Shown here: positions 47,884-60,202 of the stretch, one piece after another
Layout: every line of letters begins with the position of its first letter
Numbering within the stretch: position 1 is the first letter of the stretch
Origin: Escherichia coli
Lineage (GTDB): Bacteria > Pseudomonadota > Gammaproteobacteria > Enterobacterales > Enterobacteriaceae
Reading direction: 5' to 3' (one strand)
Length of the DNA stretch: 64,000 nt
NCBI RefSeq assembly: GCF_016903815.1
Contig: NZ_CP069973.1
Made by a program: the position numbers and the translations under genes
The notes under the pieces: generated by a model
The model's database searches: none
What the model was told of the DNA's origin: nothing
The model's input: the letters and a program-made list of their open reading frames with translations, nothing else

Positions 47884-48984
47884 TTATCGCTCGTCGCGAC
47901 GACCACCCACCGCAGCCCAGATGCGGCGGACGTGCACCGTCACTTCTTCGCGATCGTGATACAACTGCCGCGCCTGAATCTGAGCATTTATGCCATGTTC
48001 ATCAAGCTGTGCCTGAATATACGCCAGATTGTGTGACACTTCTTCGTAGCGTTTTTTCATCGGCAGTTTGAGGTTGAAAATGGTTTCACGACACCAGCCA
48101 TTAACCAGCCACTGCGCCATCAATGCCGCAACTTTCGCCGGTTTTTCAACCATATCGCATACCATCCAGGAGATATTGCTGCGCGTCGGACGGAATTTGA
48201 AACCGTCTTCCCGCAGCCACGTCACCTGTCCGGTATCCATCAGACTTTGCGCCATCGGGCCGTTGTCGACGGAATAAACCCACATGTTGCGCTTCACCAG
48301 TTGGTAGGTCCAGCCGCCAGGGCAAGCGCCTAAATCCACCGCCCACATCCCGTTCGCCAGGCGTTCATCCCACTCATCCGCAGGAATAAACACATGAAAT
48401 GCCTCTTCCAGTTTGAGTGTGGAACGACTCGGCGCATCTGCCGGAAATTTCAGGCGCGGAATGCCCATATAGAACGGCGAATTATTGTTGCTGTATGAGT
48501 AACCGGTATAGCAGCAGCCTGGTGCAATAAAGAATACATGCACAACCGGACGCTTCGGCGTTTCATAGTTCGCCAGCACCCCAGCATCGCGCAAGGCAGC
48601 GCGTAGCGGCACGGTGAATTTACGGCAGAATTTCAGCAACTCTTTGCTTTCGTTGGTATCGGCAACTTCAACACGCAGTTCACCGCCCTTCTCTACTACA
48701 CCCTGTAACATGCCGACAATGGGGGTAATACGATCTTCTGGCGGCAAATGCTGCAGGAGTTCCCCCACCACAAACCACTGGCGGGCAAAAATTAATGAAC
48801 TGAACGGCAGCTCACGGATTAACTTATCGCCATCATCAGGTTGATAACATTCATAAATGACATAACCCGCATTCTCTTTCACGCGGGCAAAACCGAAAAT
48901 TTCCCGCTGGCCGGCTTTATCGGTAATTTCTGCGGCGCACTCTTTTTCAAACCCCGGACGGCACAGCAATACAACCTTATTCAT
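47884..48984 (-). CDS. rlmM: 23S rRNA 2'-O-ribose C2498 methyltransferase
   Basis: 366-aa ORF; synteny. Confidence 0.9.
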
Positions 48985-49372
48985 GACTTACGCCCTTGCG
49001 CTTTAAACGGATAGCACCAACTAACATTAACGCCCAGCCCGCAAGGAAGCTCACGCCGCCAACCGGAGTGACAAACGCCCACAAACGCAGATGGGACAGT
49101 GCCAGGCAATAAAGGCTGCCGCTGAACAGCACCGTGCCTAACGCGAGGAAAACGCTACTCCAGTAAAACCAGATACTGATGCGACGCTGCATTGCCACCG
49201 CCAGACCTAAGATCGCCAGCGTATGAAACGCCTGGTATTCGAGACCGGTCTGGATCCAGCCCATCTCAACGGCCCCCATGGTTTTACTTAACACATGCGC
49301 GCCAAAAGCGCCCAGAGCCACAAAAATGAAGCCGCTAATGGCGGCGAAAATCAGCATAAAACGGCTGGTCAT
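48977..49372 (-). CDS. ygdD: DUF423 inner-membrane protein
   Basis: 131-aa hydrophobic ORF; overlaps the rlmM start. Confidence 0.85.
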
Positions 49373-49390
49373 GGTCGTACCCTACGTAAA

Positions 49391-50308
49391 TTATTGTTCA
49401 TAACGAAAGCGGAATTTTTCTTGTTCAGCAGCGGCTTTCGCCAGGATCCATTGACGAAAGGCGGCTATTTTACCCAGTTCTGCCTGGCTGTCATGACAAA
49501 CCAGATAAAAAGCGTTTTTACTGACCAGAACATCATTAAACGGGCAAACAAGACGTCCGGCCTCGATTTCAGATTGCGCCATCACGTTATTTGCCAGCGC
49601 CACTCCCTGCCCGTGGATAGCCGCTTGCAGCACCATGGCGCTATGGCTAAAAATTGGCCCTTGCTGAACGTTGATATGATTTAACCCCAACTGTCGGGTA
49701 TATGTCTGCCAGTCACGGCGCGACGCATCATGTAATAACGTATGTTTAGCCAGATCTTCCGGGGTCTTCAAGGGTTTTTCGCCAGTCAGCAGTAGCGGCG
49801 AACACACCGGCAATAAATATTCGGCGTACAGTTTTTCCACCCGTAGCCCCGGCCAGTTGCCCCGACCATAAAATATCGCCACATCAACATCATCCGCCAG
49901 CTTATCTTCCTGACGATCAACCGCCTGGATTCGAACGTCAATTCCCGGATAAGCTGAATTAAAGCTGGAAAGTCGCGGAACCAACCAATGAATGGCGAAA
50001 CTGGGGAGTAAACTGACCGTCAACGCCCCCTTGGCGCTACGGGCCTGGAGTTTACGCGTCGCTTCGGTTAATTGCGAAAATATCTCTTTGATATCGAGGA
50101 AATAGCTTTGCCCTTCCTCGGTCAGCAGGAGTGAACGATTACGGCGGCGGAACAGTTTTAGCCCCAAAAAATCCTCAAGAGACTTGATTTGATGACTTAC
50201 TGCGGCCTGGGTCACAAAAAGCTCTTCTGCTGCGCGAGTGAAACTTAAATGGCGTGCTGCAGCATCAAAAACTCGTAAGGCATTTAGCGGTGGTAATCGT
50301 TTAGACAT
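49391..50308 (-). CDS. gcvA: LysR-family glycine cleavage regulator
   Basis: 305-aa ORF with LysR HTH (MSKRLPPLNALRVFDAAARHLSFTRAAEEL...). Confidence 0.95.
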   Translation of the reverse strand: MSKRLPPLNALRVFDAAARHLSFTRAAEELFVTQAAVSHQIKSLEDFLGLKLFRRRNRSLLLTEEGQSYFLDIKEIFSQLTEATRKLQARSAKGALTVSLLPSFAIHWLVPRLSSFNSAYPGIDVRIQAVDRQEDKLADDVDVAIFYGRGNWPGLRVEKLYAEYLLPVCSPLLLTGEKPLKTPEDLAKHTLLHDASRRDWQTYTRQLGLNHINVQQGPIFSHSAMVLQAAIHGQGVALANNVMAQSEIEAGRLVCPFNDVLVSKNAFYLVCHDSQAELGKIAAFRQWILAKAAAEQEKFRFRYEQ

Positions 50309-50436
50309 GGCTTTTAAACTTTGATGTTAAATGAATTTAACAATTAGATCACACTGTGTAACCTATTAGTTTTTTTAATCTGAGCCATTATAAATTGTCC
50401 GTTGAGCTTCTACCAGCAAATACCTATAGTGGCGGC

Positions 50437-50642
50437 ACTTCCTGAGCCGGAACGAAAAGTTTTATCGGAATGCGTGTTCTGGTGAACTTTTGGCTTACGG
50501 TTGTGATGTTGTGTTGTTGTGTTTGCAATTGGTCTGCGATTCAGACCATGGTAGCAAAGCTACCTTTTTTCACTTCCTGTACATTTACCCTGTCTGTCCA
50601 TAGTGATTAATGTAGCACCGCCTAATTGCGGTGCTTTTTTTT
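50437..50642 (+). ncRNA. gcvB: GcvB sRNA
   Basis: Starts ACTTCCTGAGCCGGAACGAAAAG, contains the G/U-rich region GTTGTGATGTTGTGTTGTTGTGTTTG and ends in hairpin GCACCGCCTAATTGCGGTGC plus U-run; divergent from gcvA. Confidence 0.9.
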
Positions 50643-50658
50643 ACCTTGCGATCGCGAA

Positions 50659-50886
50659 TTACTGATCCAGTTCGACCATCTCTTTCACGTCAGTACGGTT
50701 GATCTGCTGTTTGTTGCCATTAGCGTCTTTATACGAAATCATACCGGTATCGTTATCAGTCTGTGGTTTGCCGTCAGAGACGATGGTACGTCCGTCATTG
50801 GTGTGCATCACATAGTTCGAACCGGAACAGGCGCTCAGGGCAAAAGTCAGCATACAGGCAGAAATAATTGCGGCAGTCTTTTTCAT
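50659..50886 (-). CDS. ygdI: small lipoprotein (DUF903)
   Basis: ORF 50659..50889; [20 protein letters not shown] lipobox. Confidence 0.85.
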   Translation of the reverse strand: MKKTAAIISACMLTFALSACSGSNYVMHTNDGRTIVSDGKPQTDNDTGMISYKDANGNKQQINRTDVKEMVELDQ

Positions 50887-51077
50887 CATCTTCTCCTTAA
50901 AGCGATTAATAAATCTTAATAGTATTGATTAACAGGCTAAAATTAACGCCTAACACTATTCAGCATATGTTACTGACGCGGCTTCGCCAGGATATCCAGA
51001 TAATTCTGATGGTTAGCACTCTCCTTGTATCAAAGTGAATTTTGCGTCACGATCGGTGCATCAAGCCGAGGAGTACC

Positions 51078-52283
51078 ATGAACGTTTTTAATCCCGCGCA
51101 GTTTCGCGCCCAGTTTCCCGCACTACAGGATGCGGGCGTCTATCTCGACAGCGCCGCGACCGCGCTTAAACCTGAAGCCGTGGTTGAAGCCACCCAACAG
51201 TTTTACAGTCTGAGCGCCGGAAACGTCCATCGCAGCCAGTTTGCCGAAGCCCAACGCCTGACCGCGCGTTATGAAGCTGCACGAGAGAAAGTGGCGCAAT
51301 TACTGAATGCACCGGATGATAAAACTATCGTCTGGACGCGCGGCACCACTGAATCCATCAACATGGTGGCACAATGCTATGCGCGTCCGCGTCTGCAACC
51401 GGGCGATGAGATTATTGTCAGCGTGGCAGAACACCACGCCAACCTCGTCCCCTGGCTGATGGTCGCCCAACAAACTGGAGCCAAAGTGGTGAAATTGCCG
51501 CTTAATGCGCAGCGACTGCCGGATGTCGATTTGTTGCCAGAACTGATTACTCCCCGTAGTCGGATTCTGGCGTTGGGTCAGATGTCGAACGTTACTGGCG
51601 GTTGCCCGGATCTGGCGCGAGCGATTACCTTTGCTCATTCAGCCGGGATGGTGGTGATGGTTGATGGTGCTCAGGGGGCAGTGCATTTCCCCGCGGATGT
51701 TCAGCAACTGGATATTGATTTCTATGCTTTTTCAGGTCACAAACTGTATGGCCCGACAGGTATCGGCGTGCTGTATGGTAAATCAGAACTGCTGGAGGCG
51801 ATGTCGCCCTGGCTGGGCGGCGGCAAAATGGTTCACGAAGTGAGTTTTGACGGCTTCACGACTCAATCTGCGCCGTGGAAACTGGAAGCTGGAACGCCAA
51901 ATGTCGCTGGTGTCATAGGATTAAGCGCGGCGCTGGAATGGCTGGCAGATTACGATATCAACCAGGCCGAAAGCTGGAGCCGTAGCTTAGCAACGCTGGC
52001 GGAAGATGCGCTGGCGAAACGTCCCGGCTTTCGTTCATTCCGCTGCCAGGATTCCAGCCTGCTGGCCTTTGATTTTGCTGGCGTTCATCATAGCGATATG
52101 GTGACGCTGCTGGCGGAGTACGGTATTGCCCTGCGGGCCGGGCAGCATTGCGCTCAGCCGCTACTGGCAGAATTAGGCGTAACCGGCACACTGCGCGCCT
52201 CTTTTGCGCCATATAATACAAAGAGTGATGTGGATGCGCTGGTGAATGCCGTTGACCGCGCGCTGGAATTATTGGTGGATTAA
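51078..52283 (+). CDS. csdA: cysteine sulfinate desulfinase / cysteine desulfurase
   Basis: ORF 51042..52283; start set at [16 protein letters not shown] giving 401 aa; class V aminotransferase. Confidence 0.9.
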
Positions 52284-52726
52284 TGACAAACCCGCAATTC
52301 GCCGGACATCCGTTCGGCACAACCGTAACCGCAGAAACGTTACGCAATACCTTCGCACCGTTGACGCAATGGGAAGATAAATATCGCCAGTTGATCATGC
52401 TGGGGAAACAGCTTCCGGCATTGCCAGACGAGTTAAAAGCGCAGGCTAAAGAGATTGCCGGATGCGAAAACCGCGTCTGGCTGGGATATACAGTGGCTGA
52501 AAACGGCAAAATGCATTTCTTTGGCGACAGCGAAGGGCGCATTGTGCGCGGCCTGCTGGCGGTGTTGTTGACTGCCGTTGAGGGGAAAACCGCCGCCGAG
52601 TTGCAGGCACAGTCACCACTGGCATTGTTTGATGAGCTGGGATTACGTGCGCAGCTTAGCGCCTCACGCAGCCAGGGGTTAAATGCGTTAAGCGAGGCGA
52701 TTATCGCTGCGACGAAGCAGGTTTAA
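52283..52726 (+). CDS. csdE: sulfur acceptor protein CsdE
   Basis: 147-aa SufE-like ORF; translationally coupled to csdA. Confidence 0.9.
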
Positions 52727-52738
52727 GCACAGAACCGG

Positions 52739-52768
52739 GTCGGATAAGACGTTCGCGTCTCATCCGAC
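52739..52768. terminator. Bidirectional hairpin between convergent csdE and tcdA
   Basis: gtcggataagacg-ttcg-cgtctcatccgac. Confidence 0.5.
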
Positions 52769-52776
52769 CTGATTGT

Positions 52777-53583
52777 TTAACCCTGACGCGCCGCTTTCGC
52801 CATCATCTTCTTCAGCGCATGAGAAACCGCAACAAACCCAAAGGTGGCGGTCACCATCGTTGCCGCGCCAAATCCAGATGCACAATCCATCCGCTTCGGC
52901 CCTTCTGCCGTGGCTTTCATCGCACACACCGTACCGTCTGACTGCGGGTACACCAGCGCTTCAGTAGAAAACACGCAATCCACGCCGAGCTTACCTTTAC
53001 TGTTTTTCACTACGCCAAAATCGCTTTTCAGGCGCTCGCGCAACTTCGCCGCCAGCGGGTCCTGAATCGTTTTCGCCAGATCGGTAACCTGAATCTGCGT
53101 CGGATCAATCTGCCCACCCGCGCCACCAGTTGTGACCAGTGGGATTTTATTGCGCCGACAATAAGCAATCAGCGCCGCTTTGGGCCGTACACTATCAATG
53201 GCATCAATCACGTACGAATAACCCACGCTCATATACTGCGCTACGTTATCCGGCGTCACGAAATCATCCACCACCGTTACACGGCACTCCGGGTTAATCT
53301 GGCGAATACGCTCCGCCATAACTTCCGCTTTTGCCAGCCCAACGTTATCGCGCAGGGCATGAATTTGCCGATTGGTATTGGTGACGCACACATCATCCAT
53401 ATCGATAAGCGTGATTGCGCCAATCCCCGTGCGCGCCAGCGCTTCCGCCGCCCAGGAACCGACACCACCGATACCAACCACACAAATATGCGCGTCAGCA
53501 AACAGTTGCAACGCTTTTTCACCATACAGACGCGCTGTGCCACCAAAACGCTGACGCCATGCATCACTAATTACCACAGACAT
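52777..53583 (-). CDS. tcdA: tRNA threonylcarbamoyladenosine dehydratase
   Basis: 268-aa ThiF/MoeB-like ORF (VVGIGGVGSWAAEALARTGIG). Confidence 0.9.
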   Translation of the reverse strand: MSVVISDAWRQRFGGTARLYGEKALQLFADAHICVVGIGGVGSWAAEALARTGIGAITLIDMDDVCVTNTNRQIHALRDNVGLAKAEVMAERIRQINPECRVTVVDDFVTPDNVAQYMSVGYSYVIDAIDSVRPKAALIAYCRRNKIPLVTTGGAGGQIDPTQIQVTDLAKTIQDPLAAKLRERLKSDFGVVKNSKGKLGVDCVFSTEALVYPQSDGTVCAMKATAEGPKRMDCASGFGAATMVTATFGFVAVSHALKKMMAKAARQG

Positions 53584-53635
53584 AGCACCTCAGAATTAAA
53601 AAGGGCGAGGTTATCCCTCACCCTAAACGCATAAA

Positions 53636-53735
53636 TGCCTGATGCGCTACGCTTATCAGGCCTACATAACTCCTGCAATATTTTGGATTTGCATGATTTG
53701 TAGGCCGGATAAGGCGTTCACGCCGCATCCGGCAT
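53636..53735. repeat. BIME: two REP units in opposite orientation
   Basis: gcctgatgcgctacgcttatcaggcctac and aggccggataaggcgttcacgccgcatccggcatg; flanked by near-identical direct repeats gaggttatccctcaccct / gaggttacccctcaccct. Confidence 0.75.
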
Positions 53736-53821
53736 GAACAACGCGCACTTAGTCAATAATCAGGATGTGAGGTTACCCCTCACCCTGTCATATCCGTAAA
53801 AACGGCATACAGAATATCACA

Positions 53822-54919
53822 TCAGCCGCTAAAGACGTTACCTGCGCCCGGGGCGGTTTTCAGCACCCAGACACGTCCATAGTGGTTGTACCAACCTGCG
53901 CGGTGTCCGGCTTCCGGCCCGATCCCTTGATAGATATCGAAGTGTTGGCCTTTGATTGCACCACCGACATCCAGCGCCACCATCAGACGCAGTTCGTACT
54001 GACCATTAAATTTGCCGTTATTATCCAGCAACGGCACTTCTGCCAGCAAGGTAGTACCTGGCGGAATAATGGAACGATCAGAGGCAACTGACGCGCGACC
54101 AACCAGCGGCACCGCACTTGCCCCTTTCACCGGAGCAAAAGATTGCGGTTTAAAGAAGACGAAAGACGGGTTCTGTTCCAGCAGCTCGCGAACCTCGGCT
54201 TCACTGTGTGTTTCGCCCCAGTGACGAATCGCCTGCATCGACATATCTTCTTTTTTCACTTCGCCACGGTCGATCAGCACCTTACCAATGCTGCGATAGG
54301 CATGACCGTTTTTCCCTGCATAGCTGAAAAAGTTAAGCGGACTGCCATCACCAAAGTCGATATACCCACTACCCTGCACATCCATAATGAAGTTATCCAT
54401 CAGGGAGTTACTGTAAGCGAGAATATATTTATCACTCAATGCCCCCGCGTAGATCTCCGCACGAGACGGCAGACGACCACGTTTTGGCGGCATACGGTAA
54501 ATAGGATACTGGAACTCGCCCTGGCGGGTATGGCGCGCCTGAATTACCGGCGTGTAATAACCGGTAAACTGCACGTTACCATAGTTGTCGGCACCTTCCA
54601 TCTGCCAGGCATCAATGCCGAACTGGCGCATATTGCGGGTATCACCGCCTGCGCGCAGCCACTCTTGCACCGCGTTATAAACATTACTCTGGTTGCCATA
54701 CAGACGCGGTGACGAATTACGGATATGGTTAATTTGCTCGGCAAAATCACCGGCGTTAATCGGCGCGCCAACGGCATCTGGCTGGTTCACCAGAGAGAAA
54801 GGCTGGGTAAATTTCCCGTCTTTATATTGCTGTCCGCGATCGGTTGGTTTGGAAGAGCAGGCGGCAAGCATTGCCACAACCGTGCCCATAAGAAGGTACT
54901 TTACCCAACGTCCTTTCAT
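53822..54919 (-). CDS. mltA: membrane-bound lytic murein transglycosylase A
   Basis: Track ORF 53822..55201 runs antisense over the tRNA genes; true start set at MKGRWVKYLLMGTVVAMLAACSS (lipobox) giving 365 aa. Confidence 0.9.
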   Translation of the reverse strand: MKGRWVKYLLMGTVVAMLAACSSKPTDRGQQYKDGKFTQPFSLVNQPDAVGAPINAGDFAEQINHIRNSSPRLYGNQSNVYNAVQEWLRAGGDTRNMRQFGIDAWQMEGADNYGNVQFTGYYTPVIQARHTRQGEFQYPIYRMPPKRGRLPSRAEIYAGALSDKYILAYSNSLMDNFIMDVQGSGYIDFGDGSPLNFFSYAGKNGHAYRSIGKVLIDRGEVKKEDMSMQAIRHWGETHSEAEVRELLEQNPSFVFFKPQSFAPVKGASAVPLVGRASVASDRSIIPPGTTLLAEVPLLDNNGKFNGQYELRLMVALDVGGAIKGQHFDIYQGIGPEAGHRAGWYNHYGRVWVLKTAPGAGNVFSG

Positions 54920-55127
54920 TGTTCTCTTCTTCAGGTTAAAAAATAAGGCGCAACGAAGATAACAAACCGCCGCGTTTAATGAAATGAGCAGCCTCTCCCT
55001 GACGCAAATTTTGCACAAAAAATAGGCTTTAGTGATTTGTTTTTGTTCAAAATCATGCCAAATCCGTGATCGGGGTAAAAAAAAGGTTGCATGAAAACGC
55101 GAGCGGAGTATAGTGCGCATCCACGGA

Positions 55128-55204
<77 letters not shown>

Positions 55205-55237
55205 ATTAAAATTTGATGAAGTAAAGCAGTACGGTGA

Positions 55238-55314
<77 letters not shown>

Positions 55315-55347
55315 ATCAAATTTGATGAAGTAAAAGCAGTACGGTGA

Positions 55348-55424
<77 letters not shown>

Positions 55425-55432
55425 ATTATTGA

Positions 55433-55455
55433 ACACCCTAACGGGTGTTTTTTTG
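55433..55455 (+). terminator. Intrinsic terminator of the tRNA-fMet operon
   Basis: acaccc-taac-gggtgt followed by ttttttt. Confidence 0.8.
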
Positions 55456-55497
55456 TTTCTGGTCTCCCATAAAAAAGCGCCATTCAGCGCCTTTTTA

Positions 55498-56751
55498 TCA
55501 TCCCCTTCTCGCCAGCGTCGCCCCATCGGCAAAATACGCTTTAATCCCCGCAAGAATAGACTCCGCAACTTCCTGCTGGAAAGTCGCCGTTTTCAGTTTA
55601 CGCTCTTCCTCAACGTTACTGATAAACGCCGTTTCGACCAGAATGGAGGGAATATCTGGTGCCTTTAGTACGGCAAACCCGGCCTGTTCAACTTGATTTT
55701 TATGCAGCTTGTTGATTTTACCGAGCTTATTCAGTACCGCTTTACCAAACTTCAGGCTGTCGGCAATGGTCAGCGACTGTACCATATCGAACATGGTGTG
55801 GTCGACATAGCGGTCACCGCTTTTGCTCACGCCACCAATCAAGTCCGAGGCGTTCTGGGTTTGTGCCAGATATTTTGCCGCAGTACTGGTTGCACCTTTG
55901 GTTGAGAGCGCAAACACAGAGGAACCGCTCGGCTGACGACTGGTAAAGGCGTCGGCATGGATAGAGACAAACAGGTCAGCACGCTGTTTCTGGGCTTTTG
56001 CTACGCGCACTTGCAATGGAATGAAGATGTCTTCATTGCGCGTCATGTACACCTTCATATTGCCCTCTTTCTCGATCAGAGAGCGCAAACGGCGAGCTAT
56101 TTGCAATACCACATCTTTTTCGCGCGTTTTGTATTTCCCCACCGCACCGGAGTCTTCGCCACCGTGGCCAGGGTCAAGCATAATGACAATCGGACGATCG
56201 CGCCCTGCTTTACCCGGTTGTGGACCACTTTGCGCTGGCGGCACCTGCTTTTCGAGGTCGCCTTTGTTGTAATCCTCCAGCAGCGCCAGCAGCGGGTCCT
56301 GCATATCCTGTGCATTGGCCGGATAGAGGTCCATCACCAGACGCTCTTTAAACCCGGCGACCGGCGCAAGGGCAAACAGCTGCGGTTTTACGTTTTGCTT
56401 TAATTCAAAAACCATGCGTACGGTTTGCGGGTCAAATTGCCCGACGCGCGCCGACTTGATGAACGGGTCGTCTGCACGAATTTGTGCCGCCATCCCCTTG
56501 AGTACCGAGTTCAGGTTTACATCTTCGATATCCACCACCACGCGTTCCGGGTTACTCAACGCGAACTGCTTATATTTCAGCTGACGATTTGATTCTACCG
56601 TCACACGGGTGTAGCTGGACGCAGGCCAGACGCGCACCGCCACGACCTGGCTAACCGCAGCCAGGCTGACCTGACTTACGCTCAATAGCCACATGGCGCC
56701 CGCGCCTTGCAGTAAACGACGACGGCTGATTGCAGTGTTGGATCCTGACAT
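55498..56751 (-). CDS. amiC: N-acetylmuramoyl-L-alanine amidase AmiC (Tat signal)
   Basis: ORF 55498..56841; start set at [23 protein letters not shown] (twin-arginine signal) giving 417 aa. Confidence 0.9.
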
Positions 56752-56982
56752 GCCTCTCCCGAGCAAAAGAAATCTAAGCTGTGTAACAAGTAAACGACTA
56801 ATTTGACCGGAAACTTTAGCGAAAGACGCATAATCTGTCATCTAATAAACGGTAAACATTCTTTTTATATTCACGGCATTACTGATAAAAAAGTCGCTCT
56901 CGCATAAAATTTACACTTGCACCCTGCGAAAAAACAGAATAAAAATACACTAATTTCGAATAATCATGCAAAGAGGTGTGCC

Positions 56983-58314
56983 GTGGTAAAGGAACGTAAA
57001 ACCGAGTTGGTCGAGGGATTCCGCCATTCGGTTCCCTATATCAATACCCACCGGGGAAAAACGTTTGTCATCATGCTCGGCGGTGAAGCCATTGAGCATG
57101 AGAATTTCTCCAGTATCGTTAATGATATCGGGTTGTTGCACAGCCTCGGCATCCGTCTGGTGGTAGTCTATGGCGCACGTCCGCAGATCGACGCAAATCT
57201 GGCTGCGCATCACCACGAACCGCTATATCACAAGAACATACGTGTGACCGACGCCAAAACACTGGAACTGGTGAAGCAGGCTGCAGGAACATTGCAACTG
57301 GATATTACTGCTCGCCTGTCGATGAGTCTCAATAACACGCCGCTGCAGGGCGCGCATATCAACGTCGTTAGTGGCAATTTTATTATTGCCCAGCCGCTGG
57401 GCGTCGATGACGGCGTGGATTACTGCCATAGCGGGCGTATCCGGCGGATTGATGAAGACGCGATCCATCGTCAACTGGACAGCGGTGCAATAGTGCTAAT
57501 GGGGCCGGTCGCTGTTTCAGTCACTGGCGAGAGCTTTAACCTGACCTCGGAAGAGATTGCCACTCAACTGGCCATCAAACTGAAAGCTGAGAAGATGATT
57601 GGTTTTTGCTCTTCCCAGGGCGTCACTAATGACGACGGTGATATTGTCTCAGAACTTTTCCCTAACGAAGCGCAAGCGCGGGTAGAAGCCCAGGAAGAGA
57701 AAGGCGATTACAACTCCGGTACGGTGCGCTTTTTGCGTGGCGCAGTGAAAGCCTGCCGCAGCGGCGTGCGTCGCTGTCATTTAATCAGTTATCAGGAAGA
57801 TGGCGCGCTGTTGCAAGAGTTGTTCTCACGCGACGGTATCGGTACGCAGATTGTGATGGAAAGCGCCGAGCAGATTCGTCGCGCAACAATCAACGATATC
57901 GGCGGTATTCTGGAGTTGATTCGCCCGCTGGAGCAGCAAGGTATTCTGGTGCGCCGTTCTCGCGAGCAGCTGGAGATGGAAATCGACAAATTCACCATTA
58001 TTCAGCGCGATAACACGACTATTGCCTGCGCCGCGCTCTATCCGTTCCCGGAAGAGAAGATTGGGGAAATGGCCTGTGTGGCAGTTCACCCGGATTACCG
58101 CAGTTCATCACGGGGCGAGGTTCTGCTTGAACGCATTGCCGCTCAGGCGAAGCAGAGCGGCTTAAGCAAATTGTTTGTGCTGACCACGCGCAGTATTCAC
58201 TGGTTCCAGGAACGTGGATTTACCCCGGTGGATATTGATTTACTGCCCGAGAGCAAAAAGCAGTTGTACAACTACCAGCGTAAATCCAAAGTGTTGATGG
58301 CGGATTTAGGGTAA
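56983..58314 (+). CDS. argA: N-acetylglutamate synthase
   Basis: ORF 56917..58314; start set at GTG 56983 ([26 protein letters not shown]) giving 443 aa. Confidence 0.88.
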   Translation: MVKERKTELVEGFRHSVPYINTHRGKTFVIMLGGEAIEHENFSSIVNDIGLLHSLGIRLVVVYGARPQIDANLAAHHHEPLYHKNIRVTDAKTLELVKQAAGTLQLDITARLSMSLNNTPLQGAHINVVSGNFIIAQPLGVDDGVDYCHSGRIRRIDEDAIHRQLDSGAIVLMGPVAVSVTGESFNLTSEEIATQLAIKLKAEKMIGFCSSQGVTNDDGDIVSELFPNEAQARVEAQEEKGDYNSGTVRFLRGAVKACRSGVRRCHLISYQEDGALLQELFSRDGIGTQIVMESAEQIRRATINDIGGILELIRPLEQQGILVRRSREQLEMEIDKFTIIQRDNTTIACAALYPFPEEKIGEMACVAVHPDYRSSSRGEVLLERIAAQAKQSGLSKLFVLTTRSIHWFQERGFTPVDIDLLPESKKQLYNYQRKSKVLMADLG

Positions 58315-58326
58315 GCGACGAAAATC

Positions 58327-58367
58327 GCCGGATGCGACATGCGTAACACTCGTGCGTCGCATCCGGC
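58327..58367. repeat. REP-like palindrome / bidirectional terminator between argA and recD
   Basis: gccggatgcgac ... gtcgcatccggc, perfect 12-bp arms. Confidence 0.7.
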
Positions 58368-58375
58368 AATTACGT

Positions 58376-60202
58376 TTATTCCCGCGAACTAAACAACGCC
58401 GCCAGACCACTGCGCCGCTCAGTACGAGTGGCGATTGCCGCACTTAATATACGCTCATCGGCATACAGCGACAGACGGCGACGCGCGCGGGTCACCGCGG
58501 TGTATACCAGCTCTCGCGTTACTACCGGCGTGCGTTGGCTCGGTAAAATCAACGCCGCATGGTCGAACTCCGATCCCTGCGATTTATGTACCGTCATCGC
58601 CCACGTAGTTTCGTGCTCTGGCAAGCGACTCGGTTGCACAGACTTAATATTGCCGTCCGGCATCGCAAACCAGACGCGCGTCCCCTGCCCGCGATCCAGC
58701 GCAATACCGATATCGCCATTAAACAACCCAAGCGCGCTGTCATTACGGGCAATCATCACCGGTCGGCCTTCGTACCAACGAGAGTGCGGATGACGATGAA
58801 TTTTGCGCTTCTGTTGCATAAACTGCTCAATTCGCTCATTCAGTCCAGCCACGCCAAACGGCCCTTCCCGCAGGGCGCACAAAAGCTGGTACTCATTGAA
58901 CGCCTGAATGATTAAATCCGGCTCGGCACGCGCTTGCAGCAGATCCAGATAACGTCCGTAACCCGCAAGAGCTTCCTCAAGCATCGCAATATAATCTTCG
59001 CCGCTCTGTAAAAGTCGTTTTTCGATATCAGTAAAATCCTGCTGAAAAACGGTTTTCACTGCCGTTTTATCACCACGATTGATCGCCGCAGCTAACTGAC
59101 CAATGCCAGAATCGCTGCCGAAACGATAGCTTTTTTGCAGCAGGCAGAGACTGTCGCGCAAAGATGCCGCTTCTGTGCCGGTTCCTGCCGGAACGTGAGT
59201 CCCCGTCAGGCGGCTTAGCTGCCTGGCACGCTCGGCGGTAAAGCCCGCGTTGGCATAAGCGCAGATATCGCCCAGCACAGCCCCAGCCTCAACCGAGGCC
59301 AGTTGATCACGATCGCCGAGAAAGATCACTCGCGCATGATCTGGCAAGGCGTCGATCAGTCTCGACATCATAGGCAGATCGATCATTGACGCTTCATCTA
59401 CCACCAGCACATCAAGATGCAGCGGGTTACCGGCATGATGACGTAAACGCTGGCTACCCGGCTGCGCACCCAGCAATCGGTGCAAAGTGCTGGCATCTTC
59501 CGGAATGCGTTTCTTTTGTTCATCGCTCAGCGGTAACTGTCGCAAAGCCTTGCCGAGAGATTCGGTTAAGCGCGCGGCAGCTTTACCCGTTGGTGCAGCC
59601 AGACGGATACGGCAGCGTTCGCCGTCGGCCATTTGAATTAACGCTGCCAGCAACTTCGCCACGGTGGTCGTTTTACCGGTGCCTGGGCCGCCGGAAATCA
59701 CCGAGATCCGCCGCGTCAGCGCCACTGCCGCCGCAACTTTTTGCCAGTTAATTTCATCGCTTACTGGAAAAAGTTTGTCCAGGGTTTGCGCCAGTAGAGC
59801 TTCATCAACCTCGATGGCATGATTCACCTCATTGAAGAAGCGCGCTACCGTCCGCTCGTTACACCACATGCGATTCAAATAAAGACGATCGCCACAGAGG
59901 ATCATCGGCGTGGGTTCATCTCCCCGGCTGACCGCTTGTGAAGCCAGCAAGCATTCTTCCCAATTTTGTAGCTCACCGATTTCACTGACACAGGTCGCCA
60001 ACAGCGGATGCGACGCCTCGTTATTTTCCAGTCGTGAAAGCGGTAAACAGACATGCCCTTCCCCGGCGTCGTGGCTTAACAGGGCTGCCGCGAGGGTGAC
60101 GGCAGGATGTTCATCTCCCGCCACGGTCAGGGCAAATTGCACATCCAGCGGGCGTAGCTGTTTGTGCTCCACAGCTTCCAGTAATTGCTTTTGCAATTTC
60201 AT
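58376..60202 (-). CDS. recD: exodeoxyribonuclease V alpha subunit
   Basis: 608-aa ORF with Walker [10 protein letters not shown]. Confidence 0.95.
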   Translation of the reverse strand: MKLQKQLLEAVEHKQLRPLDVQFALTVAGDEHPAVTLAAALLSHDAGEGHVCLPLSRLENNEASHPLLATCVSEIGELQNWEECLLASQAVSRGDEPTPMILCGDRLYLNRMWCNERTVARFFNEVNHAIEVDEALLAQTLDKLFPVSDEINWQKVAAAVALTRRISVISGGPGTGKTTTVAKLLAALIQMADGERCRIRLAAPTGKAAARLTESLGKALRQLPLSDEQKKRIPEDASTLHRLLGAQPGSQRLRHHAGNPLHLDVLVVDEASMIDLPMMSRLIDALPDHARVIFLGDRDQLASVEAGAVLGDICAYANAGFTAERARQLSRLTGTHVPAGTGTEAASLRDSLCLLQKSYRFGSDSGIGQLAAAINRGDKTAVKTVFQQDFTDIEKRLLQSGEDYIAMLEEALAGYGRYLDLLQARAEPDLIIQAFNEYQLLCALREGPFGVAGLNERIEQFMQQKRKIHRHPHSRWYEGRPVMIARNDSALGLFNGDIGIALDRGQGTRVWFAMPDGNIKSVQPSRLPEHETTWAMTVHKSQGSEFDHAALILPSQRTPVVTRELVYTAVTRARRRLSLYADERILSAAIATRTERRSGLAALFSSRE

